A DNA stretch of 64,000 bases from a virus (lineage: Duplodnaviria; Caudoviricetes): IMG/VR virus record IMGVR_UViG_3300015050_001523, positions 32,001 to 96,000 of that record; one strand, written 5' to 3'. Shown piece by piece: positions 45,545 to 54,692 of the stretch; the stretch's first letter is position 1, and the number at the start of each line of letters is the position of its first letter. A program made the translations under genes and the position numbers. The notes beneath the pieces are model-generated. The model worked only from the letters and a program-made list of their open reading frames with translations, was not told the origin of the DNA and ran no database searches.

Positions 45545-45985
45545 TCATACCAGTTTAAGCTTTTCAGTGCAAGAGCATTCTTGGCCCATTTCAAAGTGTG
45601 GGCCAATAGATTCCGGCAATTTATCCCAGTTATTAGAAGAAGAAATAATGTCTAAACCCAGATTAAGAATATCTTCTATTAATGGAACAAATTTATATTT
45701 AGTTTTATGAACGATTAGTGGCAATACTTCTAAGCCCTTTAAGTCTAACTTAAGTAATCTTGCTACTGGGTATTTGTTCTCGCCAGTCAAAGTTGGTCGA
45801 AAATAAATTATTTTATATATAATTTTTTCTCTATTTGATTTAAGAACAAAATTTTCTTTCAATATGGCTGCCCGACCCTTTTCAAGAGATTCAATTTTTG
45901 ATTGAAGTTTTTCATTTTGTTGTTTTAATTCTCTAATTTTAGATTCAGGACTTTCGATTTTGTTAGATAGTTTTATTTTATTCAT
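45545..45985 (-). CDS. coiled-coil hypothetical protein
   Basis: 146-aa ORF. Confidence 0.55.
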   Translation of the reverse strand: MNKIKLSNKIESPESKIRELKQQNEKLQSKIESLEKGRAAILKENFVLKSNREKIIYKIIYFRPTLTGENKYPVARLLKLDLKGLEVLPLIVHKTKYKFVPLIEDILNLGLDIISSSNNWDKLPESIGPHFEMGQECSCTEKLKLV

Positions 45986-46196
45986 TTTTATTCTCCGAAT
46001 TAATTGGCATCGAGCTAATAACTAATTCATTATTTTTATAAAGCAGAATTTGAGTAACTCCAAGAAATATTAAGGTAATAAAATTTAAAAACAAATAATA
46101 ATACAAAAATATAGTTGCCAATATAAATGATATTGTGGCGAGTATAATGTTTGATATCATTATTTTTTTTAATGTTTTTGTTGTTTTATTTTTCAT
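45978..46196 (-). CDS. small membrane protein
   Basis: Long hydrophobic stretch. Confidence 0.5.
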   Translation of the reverse strand: MKNKTTKTLKKIMISNIILATISFILATIFLYYYLFLNFITLIFLGVTQILLYKNNELVISSMPINSENKNE

Positions 46197-46428
46197 AAAG
46201 ATTGGTTTTTATATTTTTGTTTTGATGCCGATTTGACATTCGTACTCTGGTAGAAAAACAGAAAGTACGAGGGCTAATCATCGTACCTCCATTTGCTTCA
46301 TAGGCGATATATCTCTCTGAGCCGTTACGACATGTAGGACATGCGCATCCAACCAACCCTCTTGAATATCTTTGGAGCGATGCAATATTTTTACATGTTT
46401 CTCTAAATGATATCACTTTGTATTCCAT
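46186..46428 (-). CDS. hypothetical protein with CACPTC motif
   Basis: 80-aa ORF. Confidence 0.5.
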   Translation of the reverse strand: MEYKVISFRETCKNIASLQRYSRGLVGCACPTCRNGSERYIAYEANGGTMISPRTFCFSTRVRMSNRHQNKNIKTNLYEK

Positions 46429-46970
46429 ATTCTTTTTTGTATGCTTCTGACATTTTCAGTATCGCCAATTTCATCTAAATAAATTAATAACTTCTGAAGA
46501 AGATTGTCATTTGGATCTCCAACAAATTTTGGAATTCTTATTAAATTGCCATAACTTTTTTGAAGACCAGCTGCTGTATCATCTATAAACAAAATTTGAT
46601 TTTTATGAAATCCAAATTTTTTCAATTTTTTAATATCTTTAATCCAACAATACTCATCTGTTTCTAAGTCTCGTTTTAGATGGCAACGTTCTCTGGAATA
46701 TATAAATCTTAACTGCAAGATTTGTTCAGGGGTTGCAATTAACCTTAGCATTTCCAAAGCATAGTCATGAGTTCCTGCTGTCCAAACTCCAACAGCTTCA
46801 AATCGAGCTAGGACGCCTTCTAAGAAGTGATGAATGCTAGGACGTAGATATGTTCTGCAACCGTCTAACGATTGCCAGTGAGGCTCCCACGACGGTTCTC
46901 TTTCTTTTTGTTCAACAGTATAAAGAAGAGTTTCATCAAGATCAAGCACTAAAAGTTTTGAATATTTCAT
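46413..46970 (-). CDS. HAD-family NIF/FCP1-like phosphatase
   Basis: LVLDLDETL, YLRP, VWTAG..YA, SRERC, IKDIKKL, FIDD. Confidence 0.85.
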   Translation of the reverse strand: MKYSKLLVLDLDETLLYTVEQKEREPSWEPHWQSLDGCRTYLRPSIHHFLEGVLARFEAVGVWTAGTHDYALEMLRLIATPEQILQLRFIYSRERCHLKRDLETDEYCWIKDIKKLKKFGFHKNQILFIDDTAAGLQKSYGNLIRIPKFVGDPNDNLLQKLLIYLDEIGDTENVRSIQKRIWNTK

Positions 46971-46971
46971 T

Positions 46972-48753
46972 TTACTTATCAGATGCCTCAAATACATCAG
47001 TTGATGAGTAATCTCCATAATTCATAAAGTTCTCACCAGTTATTGCAGTCAGTTTTGCACGATTAAGTATTTCACGAGTAGGTAATAATGCGTGGATAGG
47101 CTCCATGTCAAATGGAGGAGCAGACTCATTTGATTGAGTTTCTTTTTCTTTCTCTTTTTCTTTTACATAGACAAGATCTTCCATATGCCTAGTATGAGCA
47201 ACATAGCTCAAATTACTTTCTTGATCCTTCATCCATTGTTTTTGGCCTTTGAAATTAATTTCAGTCGGTCCAAGGATAAAGATTCTTTTGTTCTCTAACC
47301 CTTTTGAACGATGGATTGATGATAGAGTGACGCTTGAGCGATTGTCGCTAAAAAGATCAGAAATTGCATTATTGATATCTTGAATTGAATTCACTTCTTT
47401 TCGTTGATAGATAACCCTTAAGCATTCGGCCGAATCATCAAGTGACATAATTTTTTGCTGGATGCTTGATTCATCTCCTCCTCGATTAAGAATAAGATTC
47501 TTTTCTTTTTCAAGCCATGTTTCAATTCCTTGTCCAAAAGAATCGAAATTGCTTGACTTAAGAATTACTTTAATGATTTTTGTTAGTCCTTCTCCAATTG
47601 CGCGACCCTTTACAACGGCTGGAATTCCTTTTGAAATAATTGAGAAGGCAGCACTAACAAGAGGAGCATTTCGACGACAAAGAATCATATCTCCTTCTCG
47701 AACCATATCTTTCATTTCATCATATTTAATATGAGAAACTGTTCCTTCTGGCGCGTTTGGGCGAGCCTCAATTTGCGGAACCCACCTTTTTGCAAGCTCA
47801 ATCCCAGAAGTTGGGCATCGATAACAAACAGAAAGAGGAAGAACTTTGGCCTTCAAATCTTTAATGATTTGATTAAAGCTATTTGCGTCGGCTCCCATGA
47901 ATCCGAAAATGGATTGAAATGGGTCCCCAATTGCAACAATGCGTCCACCACGCTTTGTGCATTTTTTGATGATATCTAGCTGGGCAGGAGAAGTATCCTG
48001 GCACTCATCAACAAAAACCCATGAAAACTTTTTTGGAGTATATCGATTCACATGGGGAAGCCATACCATATCCACAAAATCAATAAGAGAAATATTCTTC
48101 TTGCCATAATCTGCAAGATATTTAATAATCTCAGAGATTACTCGATCAAGATTTTGAGGACAATCAATATTATGATGGTTCGCCAAATCCCAAAGGACGT
48201 TTGGATACTCGCGTCCATCAAAATCAACTAAATTAAGTCGTGCCTTATCAAAAAGGCTCATGATGACGCTTGAAGGAAGCTTAAGTTCTCCATTTTCGGA
48301 GTTTCCACGCAACTCATACATTTCATCATAATCAAGCTTTTTGCCAAATAGAAATCCTCCATTTCGCTGAAGATCATTTTCAATTTGATTGATAACTGAC
48401 TTATACTTGTAAGTTTGTCGTTTGGGATCTTCAACCTGAACATTTACGTTTCGATTACAAAAACGAATTGCACCAAAGCCGATAGAATACGCGGTCCGCG
48501 CAGTCATGTTTGTATCTTTTAGTTTTGGCTCAATTTCATCGACAACAGCCTTACTAAAGGCGATGTAGACTCCATCTCCAATAATGAGGCGAGCACCAAA
48601 AATAATGCTTGACGTTTTTCCGGCGCCTGCGACTGCATTAACAACAGCGTTACCTGAGCCATTAACAATCCAATCAAAAAAATCGCATTGGTAATTGCTA
48701 GGAATATATGGAGATTTGACTAGTTTTTGCCATTCAGTAGGTTGGATTACCAT
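46972..48753 (-). CDS. UvrD/Rep-like SF1 helicase
   Basis: AVAGAGKT, FVDECQD, GDPFQSIFGF, YRCP, HRSKGLE. Confidence 0.92.
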   Translation of the reverse strand: MVIQPTEWQKLVKSPYIPSNYQCDFFDWIVNGSGNAVVNAVAGAGKTSSIIFGARLIIGDGVYIAFSKAVVDEIEPKLKDTNMTARTAYSIGFGAIRFCNRNVNVQVEDPKRQTYKYKSVINQIENDLQRNGGFLFGKKLDYDEMYELRGNSENGELKLPSSVIMSLFDKARLNLVDFDGREYPNVLWDLANHHNIDCPQNLDRVISEIIKYLADYGKKNISLIDFVDMVWLPHVNRYTPKKFSWVFVDECQDTSPAQLDIIKKCTKRGGRIVAIGDPFQSIFGFMGADANSFNQIIKDLKAKVLPLSVCYRCPTSGIELAKRWVPQIEARPNAPEGTVSHIKYDEMKDMVREGDMILCRRNAPLVSAAFSIISKGIPAVVKGRAIGEGLTKIIKVILKSSNFDSFGQGIETWLEKEKNLILNRGGDESSIQQKIMSLDDSAECLRVIYQRKEVNSIQDINNAISDLFSDNRSSVTLSSIHRSKGLENKRIFILGPTEINFKGQKQWMKDQESNLSYVAHTRHMEDLVYVKEKEKEKETQSNESAPPFDMEPIHALLPTREILNRAKLTAITGENFMNYGDYSSTDVFEASDK

Positions 48754-48775
48754 AAGCTTTATTCCCCCTGCTCAA

Positions 48776-48803
48776 AGGATAGCACCTTGAATCGAGAAGT
48801 CAA
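48776..48803 (-). promoter_or_regulatory. sigma70-type promoter
   Basis: TTGACT-N16-TATCCT with GGTGC. Confidence 0.75.
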
Positions 48804-48854
48804 CCTTCCTTAGCTTAAATAAACAACGTCTTTGTTTAGAATATCATTATCTTT

Positions 48855-49082
48855 CTACTCATCAGGATAAAGACCTAGCCAACTGCGTTTCTGTGCAGCA
48901 TAACGCCGTCCACGTTCAAAATTATAACTCCAACTATCTAAGGTAGAAGGATATGCGAAATTCTTTCCTTCTAGATCACAAATCACGCGTCGGGCTTCGT
49001 CACGCTCTTGTGTTAAGGTATTGATTTTATTTATTAATTCTAAATATTCAGAATTAGTTAATGTTAATGTTGCTTCAACCAT
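48855..49082 (-). CDS. hypothetical protein
   Basis: 75-aa ORF, LTQERDEARR coiled coil. Confidence 0.55.
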   Translation of the reverse strand: MVEATLTLTNSEYLELINKINTLTQERDEARRVICDLEGKNFAYPSTLDSWSYNFERGRRYAAQKRSWLGLYPDE

Positions 49083-49200
49083 TGGTATAGTATCTTATGA
49101 GAAAAAGAGATTTATTGTTTGAATGATTGCAAAAGAAATTGGCCAGCCTAAAATAAATCCTAAAACGGCACCTGAAAGAAAAATATAACTTGGATCTAAT

Positions 49201-49581
49201 TCATTCATTTGATAATCTTTTTTTTAGATTTGAAAGAATAAAATTAAGAGATTTTCTCCTTTTAATTTCTTTCCAATAATCTTTTTTTGTAAAAAAGATA
49301 TAATTGTTTAAATAATAATGACTCATTCTGCCTGTTTCGCCTGTTGCTGTATGAAAAGCTGGTCCGTCTTCTCTATGATATTCTCCATGAATAAAATAAG
49401 ACTTATCTCCGTTTGCAAATTCAATTGCAGGAAGATTTCCCTCTCGATGCCGTTCTCCATAGAGATACCATGCTTTATATCCATTATTATATTCAACAGC
49501 AGGACCATCTTCTCTATGAAGAAGATCGTTTAACCAATATCTCTTTACTCCATTATTACTAATAATTAATCCATTTTTCAT
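49201..49581 (-). CDS. HREDGPA-repeat family, copy E14 (3 units)
   Basis: Conserved head, repeat units and tail. Confidence 0.8.
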   Translation of the reverse strand: MKNGLIISNNGVKRYWLNDLLHREDGPAVEYNNGYKAWYLYGERHREGNLPAIEFANGDKSYFIHGEYHREDGPAFHTATGETGRMSHYYLNNYIFFTKKDYWKEIKRRKSLNFILSNLKKRLSNE

Positions 49582-49584
49582 AAT

Positions 49585-50310
49585 TTATATCTCAATTATA
49601 TGCAACTTTGCTGTTCTTGCACCATTATAAAATTTGGTGGCAATTTCTTTTGCAATTTTTGTTTTATTTCCGCTTTCATGGACATGGCCAAAAAAATGGT
49701 GCTTTATTTTATGTTCTTCCATAAAAAGAAATGATGACAATATTTTAATTCCATAATTTTCATTATTGAAATCTCCACCACAATCAAGAATCTTAAAAGG
49801 TGGAGAATGTGTAATTAAAATATCTGGTTCAAGGACTCCCATTTTTCTGACAATTTCATATAAATCATTTTCTGAGGTTTCATAATTCCATTCTCCTGAA
49901 ATATAATTTATATTTGGAAAACCTGACCACTTAAGTCCAACCAATTCAAAACAATTCAAATTGATTTCAAAAACATTTGGGCATCCAAACTCTATTAATT
50001 CATTTGATAATGAAATAAAGTCATGATTTCCTGATACGCTTATAAATGGTCTTCCATCTAACCAATTTGTAATATGTTCAAGAATATTGTTTCTCTTTAA
50101 CCATTCTTTTTGGAATTCAATTTCATGATCTTTATCAAGAACTCTTTCAATATATCTTGGACCCATTTTTATGATTGGGTCATTAGGAAAGAAATCTCCG
50201 GTATCAACCCAAACATCAAAATTTTTGATCAAATGAATTTTATTATGAACAATTTTCATTAGTTCAGAATGAAGATCTGAAGTATGAAAAATTTTGATGT
50301 TTTTGTTCAT
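49585..50310 (-). CDS. calcineurin-like metallophosphoesterase
   Basis: SDLH, GDFF, GNHD, THSPP, GHVHE. Confidence 0.9.
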   Translation of the reverse strand: MNKNIKIFHTSDLHSELMKIVHNKIHLIKNFDVWVDTGDFFPNDPIIKMGPRYIERVLDKDHEIEFQKEWLKRNNILEHITNWLDGRPFISVSGNHDFISLSNELIEFGCPNVFEINLNCFELVGLKWSGFPNINYISGEWNYETSENDLYEIVRKMGVLEPDILITHSPPFKILDCGGDFNNENYGIKILSSFLFMEEHKIKHHFFGHVHESGNKTKIAKEIATKFYNGARTAKLHIIEI

Positions 50311-50318
50311 AACCTTTT

Positions 50319-50597
50319 TTAATTTAAATAATTTAATAAAAAATTTAAATTTGGTTCATTGGGCTCTTGAGGTTCTTGATTTAGTTGATTATTAAGATTA
50401 TTAATTGTGATATAGGATGCTAAAAAATGAAATACCAATTCTTTAGAAAGTCCTGTTCTATTGCAAACCAAAGATTCAGTATGAGATATATCTGATTTAA
50501 AAGAATTATCTTCATTTAATAGAGAGTCAACTTCTTCTCTGGTTAGATTGGCGCCAAATTCTAAAAGTTTTTGAATTGTTTTTTGTAAGCTGTTCAT
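50319..50597 (-). CDS. hypothetical protein, tandem paralog of 50625..50879
   Basis: Shared EFG.NLT.EE..SLLNED.S.KSDIS..RTG. Confidence 0.75.
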   Translation of the reverse strand: MNSLQKTIQKLLEFGANLTREEVDSLLNEDNSFKSDISHTESLVCNRTGLSKELVFHFLASYITINNLNNQLNQEPQEPNEPNLNFLLNYLN

Positions 50598-50624
50598 AAT
50601 TTGGTATCGATTTTATCGATTTTA

Positions 50625-50879
50625 TCAATTTTGCAAAAGTGTTAAGAGAGGTTTGGGATTTAGTCGCCTCATAAGATTATTTACACTAATATAGGCGGTT
50701 AAAAGATCTGAAACCAACAATAAATTAAAACCAGTTCGAATAGAAATAAGATTGATAGAGCTAGAAATGTCTGATTTCCAGGAACCATCTTCGTTTAGTA
50801 ATGAAATAATTTCTTCATCAGTCAAATTTTGACCAAATTCTTGAAGAGTTATAAAAGTTTTGTTTAATTTGTCATTCAT
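50625..50879 (-). CDS. hypothetical protein, tandem paralog of 50319..50597
   Basis: Start MNDKLNK with AAGG RBS; shared motifs. Confidence 0.75.
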   Translation of the reverse strand: MNDKLNKTFITLQEFGQNLTDEEIISLLNEDGSWKSDISSSINLISIRTGFNLLLVSDLLTAYISVNNLMRRLNPKPLLTLLQN

Positions 50880-50962
50880 TTTAAATAACCTTTGCGAATC
50901 CATCGTTGGTAGAAAAATAAATATTTCGGCAACCAACTGATCAAAAATTTATCATACTTCTT

Positions 50963-51406
50963 CTATTTGTAGCCGAGTTCATCAAGCAATTCTACAATGG
51001 CATCATTTTGGTTTTCATCGCAGTAGTCAGTTATCTCATTCAAAGTTCGAAGTGTTTTATCAAATAATTCTGGGGATCCAATATTGATTTTGTCAGATTT
51101 TTCCCAAGATTCAATATAGCTTAAGATATGTTCTGCATTTTTTGTTGCATCAATTATTTCAATTCTTAACATCCATCCAAGATTTCTTGCAAGATTTGGA
51201 CCATTTCCAAGAACTGTTTTTATTGTCAAGTCTCTTGTATTAAATTCGTCAAATCCATTATGAAGTGATTGAACTGCTTTAATATCTCTTCCAAAGATAT
51301 CCTTTTTTGCAATATGTAAATAAACTGTGTCTGTTGAATTATGCCTAACAACAACACATTTGTCGAAAGTTATTGAAACTGATTGGTTAGTTTTTTGAAA
51401 TGCCAT
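50963..51406 (-). CDS. hypothetical protein, paralog of 44405..44767
   Basis: Shared KC.VVR, LH.G...FN, NGP.LAR.LGW. Confidence 0.7.
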   Translation of the reverse strand: MAFQKTNQSVSITFDKCVVVRHNSTDTVYLHIAKKDIFGRDIKAVQSLHNGFDEFNTRDLTIKTVLGNGPNLARNLGWMLRIEIIDATKNAEHILSYIESWEKSDKINIGSPELFDKTLRTLNEITDYCDENQNDAIVELLDELGYK

Positions 51407-51443
51407 AAGTTATTTCCTAATAGTTTTCTCTTCTTTATATTTT

Positions 51444-51836
51444 TTATACAACCTTTGCGAATCCATCATTGGTTGAAAAATAAATGTTGCGACAACCAAC
51501 AACATCCAAAAATGCGGAGCAGCAGGAACAAGGCTTGCTCATCCTAAGCGATCCATTCTTATTTAGACGAATATTCAAAATGTCAAAAGGCTTTTGATAG
51601 TCGATGATTCCCTTTGCCTTACGATAAACATCGTTCTCAGAGTGAATCTTCCCAAAATCTTGGGAATAGCCAAAGCCTTCAAGTGGCGGACCCTTTCGAT
51701 TCATTCCCATTTCCAAGATTTTATTATTTTGAATAATAAACGAAAAATGGTGAAAAGAGCCATATTCAGGATGCGAGTCTGGGTTGTTCTTCGCCCGAGC
51801 CATCGCAACACACTGCTTGATGATTCGCTTCCTCAT
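51444..51836 (-). CDS. zinc-dependent cytidine/CMP-dCMP deaminase superfamily protein (leaderless)
   Basis: HSE (HAE-like) and SKPCSCC (PCxxC); start moved to 51836. Confidence 0.8.
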   Translation of the reverse strand: MRKRIIKQCVAMARAKNNPDSHPEYGSFHHFSFIIQNNKILEMGMNRKGPPLEGFGYSQDFGKIHSENDVYRKAKGIIDYQKPFDILNIRLNKNGSLRMSKPCSCCSAFLDVVGCRNIYFSTNDGFAKVV

Positions 51837-51842
51837 GCTTAA

Positions 51843-51870
51843 AGGATAGCGCGAAGCCATCGAAAGTCAA
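51843..51870 (-). promoter_or_regulatory. sigma70-type promoter
   Basis: TTGACT-N16-TATCCT; ATG 7 nt downstream. Confidence 0.75.
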
Positions 51871-51891
51871 GGAGAATCGAACCAAAATCAA

Positions 51892-51921
51892 TCAATATGG
51901 CAATATTAATCCATTTCTCAT
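51892..51921 (-). pseudogene. 5' remnant of HREDGPA-repeat family (MRNGLILPY*)
   Basis: ataaatATGAGAAATGGATTAAT identical to start of E9, then abrupt divergence and TGA. Confidence 0.65.
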
Positions 51922-51923
51922 AT

Positions 51924-52373
51924 TTATCTTCCTATTAGTTCTATTCGATTTAATGTGTTACTTTGTTTTTTTAATTTCAATTCAAGTTCTCTAATTGCTT
52001 CTTCTAGAACTACAGCCAACATTTCTAAATGCTCTACTCTTTCTTCTAGGGTTTTTGTAGTGGCAAGATTGGATGGATTGTGTAAGGAGAAAAGCCAAGC
52101 TAATACGTCACGTGTATAAAAAACGTGGTCTTTATCGATCTGGGCTTTAAAACCGACTCGTTTGCCACGCATATGATTACTTAGACTATTCCACAGCTCA
52201 TTAGAAAGATTCTTTTTAAGCTTTGCAATAGTCCATCCTATCGCCGTGTCAGGTTGTTCTCCAATGATTAACATGATTAATTCTTGTTCGTGCAACTCCG
52301 CATTTTTAGCAGGTTGCGCTATGGAGCTATTCTGTGGGCGATTCCATTTTGGAGAATTATTAATAAAATCCAT
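51924..52373 (-). CDS. hypothetical protein with C-terminal coiled coil
   Basis: ORF; start MDFINN preferred. Confidence 0.55.
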   Translation of the reverse strand: MDFINNSPKWNRPQNSSIAQPAKNAELHEQELIMLIIGEQPDTAIGWTIAKLKKNLSNELWNSLSNHMRGKRVGFKAQIDKDHVFYTRDVLAWLFSLHNPSNLATTKTLEERVEHLEMLAVVLEEAIRELELKLKKQSNTLNRIELIGR

Positions 52374-52383
52374 AAAGTTATTC

Positions 52384-53412
52384 CTATCTAATTTCATAAC
52401 CTTCTAAAATAAGATTATCTCGAAGTAAGTTATTTAGATTATTTACTTCATTATTCAAAAGAGAACGGTCTAAAGATCTACAATTTATTCTATAGCAATA
52501 TGAAGTTTTTCCATTTTTGTTTGTAAATTTATCAATTTGCACAACAGATTCTGCCAAATCTCCAAAAACATTTCTAACATGTTCATAAAAATCATTTGGA
52601 GAATAATTATCTGGCTCCCAAAAAGAGATATCTTTATAGCATAAAGGATATTTTGAATAAGGTTGAAATTTTGTAATTTCTCCTTCTTTGAATTGAGACA
52701 AAAAGCGATCGTCTTTTGACCAGAAAAGTCTAATATCTGGAATCTCAAAAAGAATCATTGCCAATCTTTCAAGTCCCAATCCGAAAGCCCATCCCAAATT
52801 TGAAACTTTACAATTAGACAAAATTTCTTGATGAATTACTCCACAACCAAGAACTTCTAATTTTTTATCATTCCAATTTACTTCAAATTCAAATGAAGGT
52901 TCTGTAAATGGAAAATATGAATTTGTAATTTCATATGTGCATTCAGGAAATAAATAAGAAACTAAAGAAGATAAAGTTGACAATAAATCTTTTTCAATGT
53001 CTTCTTTTGATGCATTTGGGATTATTTTTACTCCCTCCATTTGATGGAATACTGGATAATGAGAAGAATCAATTTCGTCCCTCCTAAAGACAGGGCCAGA
53101 AACTAAAAACCTTTCTTCTTTTTTATTTAGAAAATATGTTTGATGTGCAGAAGTATGCGTCCTTAAAACTTTGTTATTGTCTAAATAATAAGTGTCAGAA
53201 ACGCTTCTAGAAACATGATCTTTTGGAATCAAAAGGCTATCAAAATTATCATATATTTCAACAATAGGATCTAAAGAATCAAAACATTTAAATTCTTCAC
53301 CAAAGAATGATTGGATTCTTTTTTTGATAATTGATATTGGATGATTTGGAATTAGATGAAGATTTCTATCTTTTATTTTCCAAATATTTTCTGGAATGTT
53401 TAATCCTATCAT
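52384..53412 (-). CDS. pheS: monomeric organelle-type phenylalanine-tRNA ligase (catalytic domain + FDX-ACB)
   Basis: NLHL..NHPI..IK, NFDSLLIP.DHVSR..SDTYY, LRTHTSAHQ, FRRDEID..HYPVFHQMEG, GWAFGLGLERLAM, then SKYP..YKDISFW anticodon-binding domain in the same 342-aa chain. Confidence 0.92.
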   Translation of the reverse strand: MIGLNIPENIWKIKDRNLHLIPNHPISIIKKRIQSFFGEEFKCFDSLDPIVEIYDNFDSLLIPKDHVSRSVSDTYYLDNNKVLRTHTSAHQTYFLNKKEERFLVSGPVFRRDEIDSSHYPVFHQMEGVKIIPNASKEDIEKDLLSTLSSLVSYLFPECTYEITNSYFPFTEPSFEFEVNWNDKKLEVLGCGVIHQEILSNCKVSNLGWAFGLGLERLAMILFEIPDIRLFWSKDDRFLSQFKEGEITKFQPYSKYPLCYKDISFWEPDNYSPNDFYEHVRNVFGDLAESVVQIDKFTNKNGKTSYCYRINCRSLDRSLLNNEVNNLNNLLRDNLILEGYEIR

Positions 53413-53428
53413 ATTTTGTCATCTTTCG

Positions 53429-53986
53429 TTATTTTGATAATTCCATTGATATACTGTGCATGGCGATTCCCGAAGCCGTCCCAACATTAACACTTCTTAC
53501 TGAGCCTCGCTGTTCAATATGAACAACCTTGTCACAAATTTCTAGGATTTCTGGCTGCAATCCTTGCTGTTCTTCTCCAAAAAAGAGCAAAGAATTTGGT
53601 TCCCATTTATGTTCTTTTAATGGGGTAGAAACTCCTGGAATTATATCCATTGCAATAAAATGTGAATATTTGCTGCGCAAATCAATAATTTGATTAATTG
53701 ATGAAAGATAAATTACATCTGAGTAGTGGTACGATCCGATTGCTCCTCTTTTATCAAACTTTTTTCGAGGACCATAATAAAAAATTTCTTGGGCACCAAA
53801 TGCATTTCCATTTCTGATCAAAGTTGAAAAATTAAAATCTCCATGAATCTGCATCATTATTGGAGCAAAAGGAAGAGTTAATTTTTGGATTTCATTTTTG
53901 ATTTCTTCGGTTGTCATTCCTTTGTATTGGTCAACAACATTTCCAAAATTGCCATTATTTGGTGCAGTATCTGGTAAAGTATTCAT
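53429..53986 (-). CDS. SpoU/TrmH family RNA 2'-O-methyltransferase
   Basis: N.STLIR..NAFG, FFGEEQQGL, IEQRG.VRSVNVGTASGIAM. Confidence 0.88.
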   Translation of the reverse strand: MNTLPDTAPNNGNFGNVVDQYKGMTTEEIKNEIQKLTLPFAPIMMQIHGDFNFSTLIRNGNAFGAQEIFYYGPRKKFDKRGAIGSYHYSDVIYLSSINQIIDLRSKYSHFIAMDIIPGVSTPLKEHKWEPNSLLFFGEEQQGLQPEILEICDKVVHIEQRGSVRSVNVGTASGIAMHSISMELSK

Positions 53987-53988
53987 TA

Positions 53989-54384
53989 TTAAATTCCAAG
54001 CTTATTTTTTAAGCGTTCTAATTCTTTTAAATCTCTTTTAAGCTGCTCTTCTTCTGATTTTTGTTTTTTTTGTTCTCTCTCTTCTTGTTCTTGTTTTTTT
54101 CTAATAGAAACTTTTTCATAAGTTGCATTGTTTATTAGCTCTTGAAAATCTTCTGGGAGGTTTTCATTTGTAAAAAGCTTATATTCATATTCTGCATGCC
54201 AATTTTCCTTTGGCTGTGCTTCATATTCTGAAATTTTTTCAATCAGGTTATTCTGATCTGAAAATTCATATAATGAATTATATGAATCTAAAGCATCATA
54301 AGCACCAAATCCATAAGTTATAGAAGAGTATTCTCTAATAACAACAAGAACATATGGAAGACTTTTTATGATATCAAGATTCAT
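53989..54384 (-). CDS. hypothetical protein with coiled-coil tail
   Basis: 131-aa ORF. Confidence 0.6.
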   Translation of the reverse strand: MNLDIIKSLPYVLVVIREYSSITYGFGAYDALDSYNSLYEFSDQNNLIEKISEYEAQPKENWHAEYEYKLFTNENLPEDFQELINNATYEKVSIRKKQEQEEREQKKQKSEEEQLKRDLKELERLKNKLGI

Positions 54385-54692
54385 TTGGATATATTTCCTG
54401 CTTTATTGAATAATTCTTTCAAATTTGAAAGAATATAATTAAGAGATTTTCTCCTTTTAATTTCTTTCCAATAATTTTCTTCAGAAAATTCTTTTCCATT
54501 TATAAGATAAAATTTGGTTCCACTTGAATTTTCAACAGCCGGACTATCTTTTCGATGAAGAATCCCTTTTATATAATAAGATTTATCTCCACCTAAATAT
54601 TCGCAGGCCGGAAGATTTCCTTCTCGATGAAATTGCCCATTTAAATAATATCGTTTGGTTCCATATGCATCAATAATTAATCCATTTCTCAT
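54381..54692 (-). CDS. HREDGPA-repeat family, copy E15 (2 units)
   Basis: Conserved head, repeat units and tail; ATGA overlaps both sides. Confidence 0.8.
   Translation of the reverse strand: MRNGLIIDAYGTKRYYLNGQFHREGNLPACEYLGGDKSYYIKGILHRKDSPAVENSSGTKFYLINGKEFSEENYWKEIKRRKSLNYILSNLKELFNKAGNISK

Noticed and set aside
51866-51890. Second tRNA (GGTTCGATTC T-loop-like on minus strand)
   Set aside because: Flanks do not form a T-stem or acceptor stem.
14458-53412. Inteins or introns in large conserved genes
   Set aside because: GroEL, ClpB, SNF2, UvrD and PheRS lengths and motif spacing are normal; no splice-junction or homing-endonuclease motifs seen.
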